Below are positions 34,357 to 45,455 of a DNA stretch of 64,000 bases, one piece after another. The position numbers and the translations under genes are program-made. The notes beneath the pieces were generated by a model that was given only the letters and a program-made list of their open reading frames with translations, was not told the origin of the DNA and made no database searches. This DNA is from Lama guanicoe (taxonomy: Eukaryota): positions 1,789,509 through 1,853,508 of the forward strand of contig MU054220.1 in the NCBI GenBank assembly GCA_013239625.1, read 5' to 3'. Within the stretch, counting starts at the first letter, position 1. Each line of letters starts with the position of its first letter.

Positions 34357-37300
34357 CTGGGAAAGAAGACAAGTACAGCCTTTGTCTCTCCCCAGGGAAG
34401 AGGGGCAATGGTAGGGGAGTTGTAGGAGAGGCAGAGAATTGTCTGTGCACAATGTAGTCAGGAAGGGATTCTTGAAGGGCAAGTAGGAATGTCAGGGGAT
34501 AAGCCTATGAGAGCAGGAAAAGGGGAATGGTGGGGAGACTCACATGGGGGTGGTGGATGGAGACGTAGGCATGCAGGGCCTCCACATATGTGTGTTGCAG
34601 CCTCTCTACCTGGAGCTGGTCCTGCACATTGGGCCGGTCTATAGGTCACCAACAAAGTTGAGTAGCAGGTCTGGCCAGGGTCTTACTTCCATACCCCAAA
34701 TCACAACCACAAAATAGGGACATGCCCTACCCAACCTCTCCCATCCCAAAGTAGCACAGCAAGGGCCTCCACCCCCATGATTCCTGCCTGATGAGGCCTA
34801 CAGCCCTCTCTGATGCAAGTCTCTTGCTCAATTTTCCCTCTTGCCCCTCTTCCTCACCTGCAGAGAAGATGCTGATGGCAATGAGCAAGGCAAACTCAGC
34901 ATCATTTAGCTGCAGCTCATTCATGGCTCTGGAGAACTCAAAGATGGGGTTGATGAACTCCACCTGCAGCCCTAGGGAGGGAGGAAGAGAGGCTGGAGTG
35001 TGTGGCATGGGCAGCATTGCTCAATTTAGGAAACTACCAGGAGCTCAGTAAGAAGTCTCCAGGCTCTGCTGTGTAACCTTGAGCAAGTTTGTTAACCTCT
35101 CTAAGCCTCATCTGTGAGAAGGGAATCATATTTGAACTTATTAAACTGCTGTGTACAGGGAGCTATCTATGTTCAATATCATGTAGTAACCTATAATGAA
35201 AAATATAAAAACGAATATGTGCATGTATATGTATGACTGAAACATTAAGCTGTACACCAGAAATTGACACATTGTAAACTGACTATACTTCAATTTAAAA
35301 AAAAAACTGTTGTGATGGTTAAATGATAAAGCATACGGAGCACTTTCCCCTGTGCCCAGCACATAGGAGGTGCTGAATTAAATAAATAATAATTCTGTTA
35401 GAATTCTTATTAGGATTCTTGAAAGCCTCACATTACTAGAAATAGAGGCAACCCTTATATTTGTTTATAAAAAGACTTCTTCACCAGCAATTGGCCTTAC
35501 TTATTTGAATACTAATTATACATTTCATGTTTCACATCACAGGGGAAACAGAGCAATGTGGTTGAGGGTGTGGATGCTGACACTGGACTCCCTGGGTTTG
35601 AGTCATGGCTTTACCATTTACTAGGCTGTGTGACCTTGGGTAAGTTATTTAAGCTCTCTGGGCCTTGGTTTTCCCATCTCTAGGATGGAGATAATAATAG
35701 TACCTACCTCATAATGGGTCCTTAGACTAATAAGTGGCACATATAGTAACTAACATGTAAGTGTTTGTTAAATAAATAATACATTAAAAAAAATAGAACC
35801 AGCCTTCTCACTGAGGAGGCTGAAGTTCAATAAACCACGACCTGAAGTGGTGACATCTAGAGAACAGCTTTCCCATAGGCACTGTCGAAGTCTCCCTGCC
35901 CCACACTGTCCCCTCGGCTTTCTCAGACTTCTTTTAGCAACCATCTGCTAACTTTTCCATTCGAGACTTCTTGATTAGTCACTTCCTGTACTTTCACCCC
36001 GTTGTTTATCAAGTGTATGTTGATCTATTTACTGAACAAGCCCCATTTAGAAAGCATTTCTTGGTGAAGTATTGAGCCTTGAATTGTGTTGAACAGCCCC
36101 TTGTACAGAGAGGACGAGCAGGTTCTAGAGTTGCGCCGCCTGTGAGGGTCTGCTCCTGCTCGCTGTGAATGCCTCCAGTGCCATCAGTTCACACCGTGAG
36201 TCATCCACACATGCAGCATATGGTAGTGGATGAAGAGCAGGAGGGAGCCCTGACCAAAGAGCACCTCTGTCCCTTCTCCACAAGACCCTACTGACAAAAT
36301 GAAAATGAAAGACATATGTGATGAGATAAAAACTGCTGATATAATTGAATCTATAAAAAGGTACAGATTCAGATGGCACAAGTCCTCAAGTGCTGAAGGA
36401 ACAAGCCGATGTAAGAACAGGGAAGGATGCAGAAAGGAGGATGTTATGAAGGAGAAGGCCGCGGTTAAGAAGGACTGGGATATTAACCATCTGGAGAAGA
36501 GGCGGTTGGGTAGAGAAAGGGGGCAGGACTGGGCTTTTAAAGCTGGAAAAATTCATCACATCATTCCTATTATGTGCCTATACATTTAGGCAGTACACCT
36601 GGCCCTACAGAAGGCAAGAGGTGCTAACACAGCCCTGATGTGCCCTATAGCTAAGGGAGACCTACCTAGAAAGCTCACTGGGTGGCCTGTGATAGGACAA
36701 GAGCTGGCCTGAGTCACCGGAACCCTTTGTGAGCTCTGCCCTGGAGACCAGGATTCTCCAAACCTAAGAATGGAGTCAGCATCAGCCATATTTTACAGAC
36801 CCACTCACTCAGGTGTTAAATCTCTCAGTCTCTCAATCAGCCTCAGGCATGACCCTCCAAAACACCTTCAGCCTTCCATCCTTTCCCAGCCGTGCTCCCA
36901 TAATTCAAACATCACCAGTAATCGAATACAAGGAAACCAACACTGCTTAGCCTGCAAGCAAGTATCAGATAGAGAACAGCATCGTGAACTACTTCCTGGG
37001 GAAAGTACTCCAGGTCCAGAATGGGGATAGAAGTGTTCACTCTTATCCTAAAACTGCCGCATCTGGACATGTCTACCATGTTTAACTCCAATTCCATGGC
37101 TCCTCAGAGAGAGCAATTAAAAAGGAGGAAATCATGCAGATACTAACTACTATATATAAAATAGATAAACAATTTTCTACTATATAGCACAGGGAACTGT
37201 ATTCAATATCTTATAGTATCCTATAATGAAAAATATGAAAATGAATATATGTATGTATATGGATGACTGAAACATTAAGGTGTACACTAGAAACTGATAC

Positions 37301-40300
37301 ATTGTAAAAAAAAAAAAGAAAGAAAGAAAAGAAAAGGAGGAAATCAGTCCACCTGATCCTTAAAGAACATGCATATCTGAGAAAGATTTTTTCATCACTG
37401 ATTGCTGAAAGGCTCGGTGAGGTTTTCAAGCTTTTTTTTTCCCCTAGATGTAAAATCTTTCCCTCAAGCAAAATGTAATGCAGAAGCACAATATACAATA
37501 CAGATTTAAATGGAGCTTCTTGTTTGGCTAAAGTTAAGATGAAGGACATGCCTGTGCCTCTTTATTTCTCCTCTAAGGGGGCACTTCCATGGAAACTGCC
37601 CCCCCATCAGGTTCCTGGGAACACAGTTTGAGAACCACTGGCCTAATGCAACAGAGGCATTGGGGGCAGTTAAGGGAGGCAGGCCTCTCAGAACTTCAAC
37701 TCTCTGTCTTGTGAACACAGTGGAGCCTTCCCTTTACAGCCACTCAAACCCTGGGCCTATATAGCTCTGTAGTCACTATCGGCCCCATGACAAAAAGCAT
37801 CTTGTTCATCTGACCCAATACCTTTGTGATCTCAGTTCTCACCTGCTTTGGCAAAGTCTTCTCGGTTATAACTGAAATCCTTGAGGAAGGTAATACTCTC
37901 ACTCCCAGGGTTGTACCTCCGAGATGTCTCCAGAAGCATAACCTGCATTCAAGTAGCAGACCTCAAAAAAGGACTTGGCAGGCTACTCTCGGCCTGGCAC
38001 CTTCAAGGAAAGGTCAAGCCCCTCATCCCTGCTTCCCAGTGGATGTGGTTTCCCAGCTGTTTGTCTAAAGGCCCCTCCCACAGACCAGACAGCCCACTCT
38101 GATCCTCCCTTCACCCTCGGCCATGCCAGCCACCTCAATTGCAGAGGTCTTCAGGAGGGCGATCTGGTCCTCCCGGCTGAGCTGCAGGAAGCCCGGCAGC
38201 TGTTTGGCAAAATCAACGATCTCTTGCACAGAGACGATGGCCAGCTCAGTGAAGTGGGCAAAGCGTTGCTGACGGGCCTCCCGGCTCTGGGGATCTGGTG
38301 CCATGGGCCAAGGCTACCCAGAATGGCAGGGAGAGAAGAAACAAACCACTCTGAGCCAGATATAAAGAAACCGACTTGCTTACGGCACAGCTACCTTTCC
38401 CCAGGTCCCTCCTGTACCGTGACTCGAAGCTGATCAGAAAAGGAGCGTCTGTTACACTGCTGCTGAGCAGCCACCAGCTTCTCAATCATGCCCAGCTGCT
38501 CTGGGCTGAGCTGGGGCAGGACTTGGGGAGGTGAGGAAGCCCTTGGGGGCACAGATGTGGCCTGAGCCTGTTCCTCCTCTTGCCGCTTCAGTTTCTTCAA
38601 GCGGATCTGTTCTTCTGACAGGACACCTAAGAACAGAGCCAGATGTGAGGAGGGGAGGGGGAGACAGGAAGCAGGGATGGGGCAGAGGGGTGATTTGCGG
38701 TTCCAGAAAAGCAGAGAGTATTGGGTAAAGACAAGAAAGAGATTTTAATCCTCACTTATGGGCTGTGGAGGAAGGCCCCACAGGCTCAGCCGCCTGTCTG
38801 CCCTCAGACCCTGGCACCCCCACGTCCTCTCCCATCAGCCTAAAGCACCCCCACTCCTGCTCTGGCCCCCAGACACTCACACTCCTCCCGCATGCCAGCC
38901 TGGCGGCATTTGCGAAGGCGGCACTCCTGGCACTTTCGACGCATATAGGTGTCCATGGGGCAGTGGCCCCCGCTGTGGCAGACGTAGCGTGCCCCTTTGA
39001 TGACGCTGCGGCGGAAGAATCCCTTGCAGCCCTCGCAGCTCAGCACGTTGTAATGGAAACCAGAGGCCTTGTCCCCACATACACTGCACAGCTCGTTCCC
39101 CAGCATTTTGGGGGCTGGCCCCTTTTTCCGCTTTTGTGGACGGAGCTCTGGATACAGGGAAGAGCCTTCATGTTCTTCTTCAGGGAAAAAGCTTGGTGCC
39201 CACTTGGCCACTGCTCTGAGCACGCAGTGACCTTCATTCACTTCATTATACGCAGTCTAGTCTCTATTCTAAGAAAGTAGCTCTCGTATGCCAAGTGCTA
39301 TTATGTCCTAGGTACTGTCTTTATATGCACTGATCTTACAACAACCTTAAGAGATAGGTACTCTTATTATTTCCATCTTGCAAATAAGGAATCTGAAGCT
39401 CAGGGAGGCCTAAGATAGAAACAAAATTTACACTGAGATCACTTAGGTCTAGTTGACTCCAAAGCCTTTGGACTGAATCATGATCTTATACGGTAAAGAG
39501 CCTTGAAGGTACCCCTCCCAGATCCAGGGGCCCCTACCTCCTCCAAATCCAACAACTCCTCACCTGTGGCCTCTGGTGGGGCCTCCACCCCGGGAAGCAG
39601 TGCTGTGGGCTCTGTCGCCTCCAGCCCCACCCTCGAAGCGCCCCCAGCAGATTGGGGCATGCTGGCTTCCTCACTGATGATGTAGTTGCTGCCTCCCAGA
39701 GGCCGGCTGCTTGCATCTTGTGCACCTGGCTCCCACAGCTCTGCTGCAGAATCTGAACCCCGAAAGAGACACAGGGTGGGTCTCAGGTCCTGGTTCTTCT
39801 CCCCAACATTCTCCTGGGAAACTGCAAACTTATCTCCACCCGTAGAGGGCAGCAAAATGTTGGCTCCGGCTCTGGGACCCTAAGGTTTGAGTGGGCTCTA
39901 GAGCTAGTCACTTGTAGTCCCCTGTACCTCAGTACCTTAAATGAGGATGTTAACTTTTGTCCCCTTGGGGGGGCTGAAGTGCATCCATCCCACAGATCAG
40001 ACACAACTCTTGAAAGCCAAGCTGGGTAAGCATTGGACATGCCAAGTCTCCCCAGGAGCAAGCTCAGATTGAGAAGGACAGACCAGTATCTCCAAGGACC
40101 AGGCACCAGAACCAGCGCAGAGGTGGTCTGAGCAGGAGGCAAGCAATACCAGGAACAGCTCTGGACTGCTTTCCAGGGGAGGGTAGAAGGCAGCGAGTAA
40201 AGGAAGCTGATTCCTGCGGGAGAAGAGGAGCTGGGGCCTGGACTTAGGGGAGAGAGCTGGAGTGAAGGAGCTTACCAGGAGTTACATCAGGCACAGGGGC

Positions 40301-40318
40301 CTCCAGCCACAAGGACAT
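34210..40318 (-). CDS. NR1H3: Oxysterols receptor LXR-alpha, complete, 9 coding exons, 447 aa
   Basis: [11 protein letters not shown] start; C4 zinc-finger DBD ([28 protein letters not shown]); LBD ending [13 protein letters not shown]. Exon lengths 43+189+267+209+180+100+114+95+147 = 1344 nt. Confidence 0.98.
34544..34638 (-). CDS. NR1H3: NR1H3 exon ([14 protein letters not shown]...HHPH)
   Basis: ctatag|AC ... CAT|gtgagt, 95 nt. Confidence 0.95.
34858..34971 (-). CDS. NR1H3: NR1H3 exon ([12 protein letters not shown]...SIFSA)
   Basis: ccctag|GG ... CAG|gtgagg, 114 nt. Confidence 0.95.
35143..35305 (+). mobile_element. 5'-truncated L1 3' end inserted in a MIR
   Basis: TGACTGAAACATT...TGTACACCAGAAATTGACACATTGTAAACTGACTATACTTCAAT-poly(A); MIR halves on both sides. 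Confidence 0.8.
35555..35770 (+). mobile_element. MIR SINE
   Basis: CTGTGTGACCTTGGGTAAGTTATTTAAGCTCTCTG core. Confidence 0.7.
37135..37331 (+). mobile_element. 5'-truncated L1 3' end with perfect 15-bp TSD
   Basis: Same family as the copy at 35143; AAAAGGAGGAAATCA at 37120-37134 and 37332-37346. Confidence 0.85.
37843..37942 (-). CDS. NR1H3: NR1H3 exon ([13 protein letters not shown]...DFAKA)
   Basis: atgcag|GT ... CAG|gtgaga, 100 nt. Confidence 0.95.
38134..38313 (-). CDS. NR1H3: NR1H3 exon ([21 protein letters not shown]...SAIE)
   Basis: gggtag|CC ... GAG|gtggct, 180 nt, phase 0-0. Confidence 0.95.
38418..38626 (-). CDS. NR1H3: NR1H3 exon ([13 protein letters not shown]...LRVT)
   Basis: tcttag|GT ... 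ACG|gtacag, 209 nt. Confidence 0.95.
38881..39147 (-). CDS. NR1H3: NR1H3 DNA-binding-domain exon (LRPQKRKKG...GMREE)
   Basis: atccag|AG ... AGT|gtgagt, 267 nt. Confidence 0.96.
39564..39752 (-). CDS. NR1H3: NR1H3 exon (SAAELWEPG...PPEAT)
   Basis: gttcag|AT ... CAG|gtgagg, 189 nt. Confidence 0.93.
40276..40318 (-). CDS. NR1H3: NR1H3 first coding exon ([14 protein letters not shown]); exon 5' edge 40355
   Basis: ATG at 40318, CTG|gtaagc donor, ctgcag| acceptor at 40356-40357. Confidence 0.92.
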
Positions 40319-40439
40319 CTCCTCCTGGAGCCCTGGACATTACCAAGGGGCTGTCCTGCAGGAATGACCCAGGTTATACTCTTCCAGAACTGGGCTCCTT
40401 CCCCTCCTAATCCTGCCTTTTATCTGTACTAAGATAGCA

Positions 40440-40660
40440 GCTAACGTTTACTTGCCATATATGTGTCAGCCTGTGCTAAGGTTCTCCATGCCTTCCTCAC
40501 AATATCCCTATGAGGTCAGGGCTATTCTTAAGCCCACTTTACAGATGAGGAAACTGGGGTTCGAAGGCATTAGGAAAATTGCCTAGGGCCAGACAGTTAG
40601 GCAGTGGTAGAGCCAAGACTCCAGCTCTGGTCTCTGTGACCCCAAAGTCTAAGCTCTTGG
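40440..40660 (-). mobile_element. MIR SINE
   Basis: TTTTACAGATGAGGAAACTG core. Confidence 0.7.
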
Positions 40661-41099
40661 CTACCATGCCATCTTTTCTCCCCAGGTCCCCTCCAGAGTG
40701 TCAGGAAATGTTTGCCACATCTGCCCCGCTTCTGTCAGAGCCCCTTCCCCCTCACTCTAGCACTGGGAACAGCCAAAATTGGGCAGAACCAGAACATGTA
40801 ACCGAGGCTCCCTCCACCAAGTGAACGTGCCCGTTGTTAGACAACCTCACTCTTGCCACTTTCCAGGGTCCCAGGACAAAACTCTTGCCTCTGGGAATCA
40901 CCCCGAATCACATACAGGACTTCTTTCCCCTTACCCCCTCAGAAGTTATTCTGGGACTTAAATAGAATGCTGTAGCTACCTGAGCTTCCAACACCATCAT
41001 CATACTTCCCCTCTCCCCAGAGACCCCTTTCTAAATCCATAGGACACCCCCACCCCCACCCCAGACACACACACAGAGCCCCAGGCCAGTGCTGAGGAG

Positions 41100-41620
41100 C
41101 AGACCCACCGAGTGCCCAGGCCGCCAGACTTCCTGGCTGGGGCAGTCTCTGGAGCCCCCTTGCTGGGAGAGGAGGATGGTGCAGTCCCTCGTCCACAGGC
41201 CTCGGGGCGGCCGGGGAGCCGGAGCTGAGCAAGAGAGGGGCCAGGAGCCCGGAGCCGACCGACTGGAGCCCTGGCCTCCTAGCCCCCGCCCACGACCGCT
41301 TCCCTACCGCGCTGACTCCGCCCCCTGCCGGCCGGCCACCCCTTAGGCCCAACGCCACCCGGGCCCCTACCCCCAACCCTGACAGCCGCATTTCCCTGCA
41401 GAACAGCCGGCTCCCGCGGCTCTCCCCTTCCTCTCCTCACCCTGGCGGCTCTGAGCTGCTTTTACAGAGGACTGCCTCCCGGGCACCCCCACCCTACTCC
41501 CGGCAGCCTCGAGTCGTTCCCTCCCCTCCACAGACACCTCGCGGAGCAAAGGTCCCAGGACGGCCCGGAATTGCGACACCGAGCCCCAGTCTGCTTTCCC
41601 AGCCTTTCTCCTCCTCCCCT
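41100..41620 (-). promoter_or_regulatory. NR1H3: CpG-rich NR1H3 proximal promoter / non-coding first exon
   Basis: CpG cluster with GC boxes ~1 kb upstream of the ATG exon; candidate donor AGG|gtgagg at exon end 41441. Confidence 0.65.
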
Positions 41621-42159
41621 GCCTCTGGAAAGGGGCCAAGAAACTCTCCCCACTAGCCCCAGGCCTCAGTCAAGCTGGTGTAACTCCAGGGGTGGAGACA
41701 GGCAGGTGCTGGGCCTTCCGGGTAGTCTCTGAATGTGGGTACCCTGCGGGGGCCACAGAGAAGGGAGGAGGGTCCGGTAAGAAGTCGCTACAGCAATGGA
41801 TGGTCTGGGATTGGGTCGGGTGTGGAGACCATAGAGCTGGATGACACCCAGGATGGTGGGCCTGAGAGGGTATGCAGTCTCCCTCCTCCGGGGGAAGATT
41901 TCTTCAGAAGTGCTGGCAGGCTCTGTCCAGCATCTACTGAGACTATAGCCATGCCTTCCTGCTCTGTTGCCTGGAATATGACATCCATCCCTGAACGCAG
42001 ACATCTCATTTTATTGATTTTATCTCCCGTGGCATAGAGTAGACAACAGAGTAGGTACTGTGGTCCTGTTTGTTGAATGAATAAGTAAACAAGAAAAATT
42101 ATATGATCCTCTTCTATCCTATACTTGTTAGCTCTAGTCAGTTTCATCTTAGCATCACA

Positions 42160-42390
42160 GTTGCTTTAGTGTTTGGGCTCTGAACTCAGATTTTGGGTTC
42201 AAATCCTGGCTTTGCCTCTGCCTCTTATTTGCTGTATGATCTTGATTAGGCAAGTTACTTACTTTCTCTGAACCTGTTTTCCTATCTTTAAAATGGGGAT
42301 AATAATGTTTTTTGCCACATAAGGTTGTCAAAAGAATTAAACAATATATCAGAGCACAATGTATGGCACATAGTAAGAGTACAAGAAATT
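42160..42390 (+). mobile_element. MIR SINE
   Basis: GGGTTCAAATCCTGGCT...GGCAAGTTACT...AAAATGGGGATAATAAT. Confidence 0.7.
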
Positions 42391-45300
42391 ATAGCAATAA
42401 TTAACCTCCCAATCCTTTTGGCTATGGGTATCCAGCACCTTGAATCTGTACATTGTTAACCTCCCAGTGCTTGCTTCCATATACAAACCCGTCACCATCT
42501 TTTCTGGTCCTCAGAGCAGCCCCAGGAGGGAGGGAGGGAGGGTACAATAACACTGAGCTCATGGGAAAGCCTCTTCCAAGACCACACACAATTAGTGACC
42601 AAGCTGGGATCAGAATCCAGATGTCCTCACTCAAGTCCCTGTGCTCTTTCTTTCTCCTGTGTCAGAGTCCAGGATACTCCTGTCTTGTTGCCTCTCAGGT
42701 CTTCTGGACCAGTGATGGAAGAAGCCAGGGCTGGTGGGCTGCAATGGGAGAGGCAGAGAGCCCTGGGGATGCTTCAGTCCAGATGTGGGAGGCAAGGAGC
42801 TGAGGTTACTGCTGGTTGTTCCCCTACCCTGCCCCACTCCCAGTTTCCTGCTCACAGGCTCTTCCTGTTTTGCTGTGAACTCCAGTTCCCATGGGTCCCA
42901 CATTAAAGCACAGAAGGACAGGGGGCCAGGGCAGGCAGCCAGAGGGATCGAAACAGAGATGAACAGGGCACCAGGGAAGAGGAAAAGAGAGGGAACAGGG
43001 AAAGAGTGGATGGGGTGGGGTGGACAGGATAGAAGGCCGGGAAAGCAGAAATAGAAAGGAGCTTGGTGAAAGATGGGAGGAAGCACAGGGTGGGGCAGGG
43101 GGAACGTGTAGGGGGTTGGGGAGCAGAGACTTGAGAAGACAGCAGGCTGAGTGGTGTTGCAAAATCTGCCCATGTATTCATTTTCACATTTCAGAAAAGC
43201 CCCTCTGACACCCCCCCATCTCAAAGTTCTGCCTCCAGTTTTTGCTCTTGTTCCCTCTCATCACAAGGTTGTCCCCTGACAAGGCCCCCACCCTGGTCTG
43301 GGCATCTCTGAGTCATGAGCACAAGGCTCTCCATTCCTCTTACTTGTGTTCTTTCCCCGATCTTCACAAGGCCCCAGCTGTCCTGGGAAAGTAGAAACCA
43401 GGGACTGTAGCCCCTGCGAAACTGGAACTGTTCTGTCCCAGTACCCACATCATTGATCCAGCTTCCTCCTCCACCTTTCCCCATTCCCAGAAGCTCCAGC
43501 ATAGAGGCAGAGTCAGCAGGGCGATGTCACTGATACTTTAGGGTACAAGGAACGTGGGATGGAACATTGGCCTAGGTTCTGATGACCTATCTTCTGGGAG
43601 TTGGGAGAAACCTCTCATTCACTTCTGATTCTCAACTCCCTCTCCTGATAGTCTAGTCTCGCCACAGCCCAGGACCACACACAAGCTACATGTGGAGCCC
43701 TATGACCCAGGCTAGAGCCAGCTGCTGACCAAGCAGGTCAGGGCGCCATCTCCCCCACGCCAGGGAGTCAGCCTCAGCCTGCTCACAAGTAAAGGAGAAG
43801 GAAGCATTAGCAGTGTTTTACTGCTGGAGCTACCCCTTCAGGTTACAGGGGTTCAGGAGCCTCCTCCTCATGAAGAGGGGAAGGGAGGACAAAATGAGGC
43901 AAGACCAAAACCTACTGGCAGTATCTCCACAGAGGTTCTGGAGACTAATCCCCGGGAATTCTATCCCAAGCCAGGGCAAGTAGTCAGGGGATCTGCAGTA
44001 GGAATCACACGTCTCACTTTGCCAGACCCCACCCACGGCACAGTCCCACCAGCCTACAGGAGTGTTAGGTCCAAAGCCTCCAAGTCCCGGGGGGCCTTTC
44101 CTAGGTTTTCTTGGCCCCGAGAGGAGGCAACATCCACATTTGAGGATCTTTCAGGTCACATTTCTGACTTCCAGAACCTCCACAGGCTTTTTCTTGCCAC
44201 AAGGGGAATCTTGAAGCAGAAATAGGAGCATTTACTAGCCCACAGTCCTGCAAACTATTGGGTAACTCCCCCCAGAACACTCCCATGAGGTAGGCCACAA
44301 GATGTGGTTTGCAGGGATGGGCTTAGGCAACTTAGGCTTCTTGCTCCCTCCTTCACCATCCTGGAAAGGTGCAAAATATGGGGGTCATCTTGCAGGCCAC
44401 TCAAGTGACTTCTGCCAAACCTCCCAATCACAAGATAGAGAAGAACCCAGGGATTCCTGCTTCCCAGGCCTATGAGGTCAGAGATGACATAGATGGCAAA
44501 AAGGAAAGAAGTAACATTTATTAGGCCCTACTACATACATTTATATTTACATGTATTATTGTATTTCTCCTTATATATAGCTCTAAAAGATGGTTACTAC
44601 CAAGTAGGCAAATATCAAATTTGAATACAAGTATAGCTGGTTTGAAAGCTCAAACTCAAAACAAACAAACAAAAATCCCACCTCACTCCATTACACAGAA
44701 CTGCCTCCTCAGATGGGACAAACAGTTAACTCACCTGGATTTAGGTTCACTTCTGCCAACACAGGGTAGAGCAGTGATTCCCAAACTTGGCCTCATTTTC
44801 AAAGATTCTGATTTATTTATTCTGAGGTAGGCCCATGTATCCATCTATCTATCCATCCATCCATCTACATGTCTATTCTTTTTGCATTTGTAGTTAGTTC
44901 TGTCTCCAAAGTGTGGAGACAGAATCATCTGGTCGAAAATATGCAGAAACTGGGGGTCAAGAAATCAGCTCTTGGCTCTACCATGTGTGGTGTAATCCTC
45001 ACCATTCCTGGGCTTGTTTCTCACTATAAAAAACTGAAATAATATCTTCTCCATCAATTCCCCTCTACATGGGATACTTGGAGGCACAAAGAATATAGAC
45101 ATACTTGAGCAAGTGGGAAGAAGGGCAAAAGATGAATTTGAGGGATTTTGTTCTACTTGCCAAAATTTAGAGAACCCGAGGTTTACATTCTGAAATCACA
45201 ATGGTCTGGCTAGTTTGCAAGGAGAGTAAGGGGAATATTAAAATAAAACACTAAAAAAATCCCACTAGTATGCAGAATTTTGCCAATTAGCCATGCCCCA

Positions 45301-45455
45301 CTCAACCCACCAATGTAAAAAGTTTTCCTTTGCTACAAATCTCTTTATTGAAAATATTTTGGGGCTGCTGATAGCAATGCAGTTTGAGTAGCCTGTGAGT
45401 AACAGCCCATTATAAGGACTATTTGACTGCAAATCAGAAAACTTGAGTTTTAATC

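Noticed and set aside
42631..43224. 197-aa minus-strand ORF upstream of NR1H3
   Set aside because: Arises from purine/pyrimidine strand bias; low complexity, no homology recognised.
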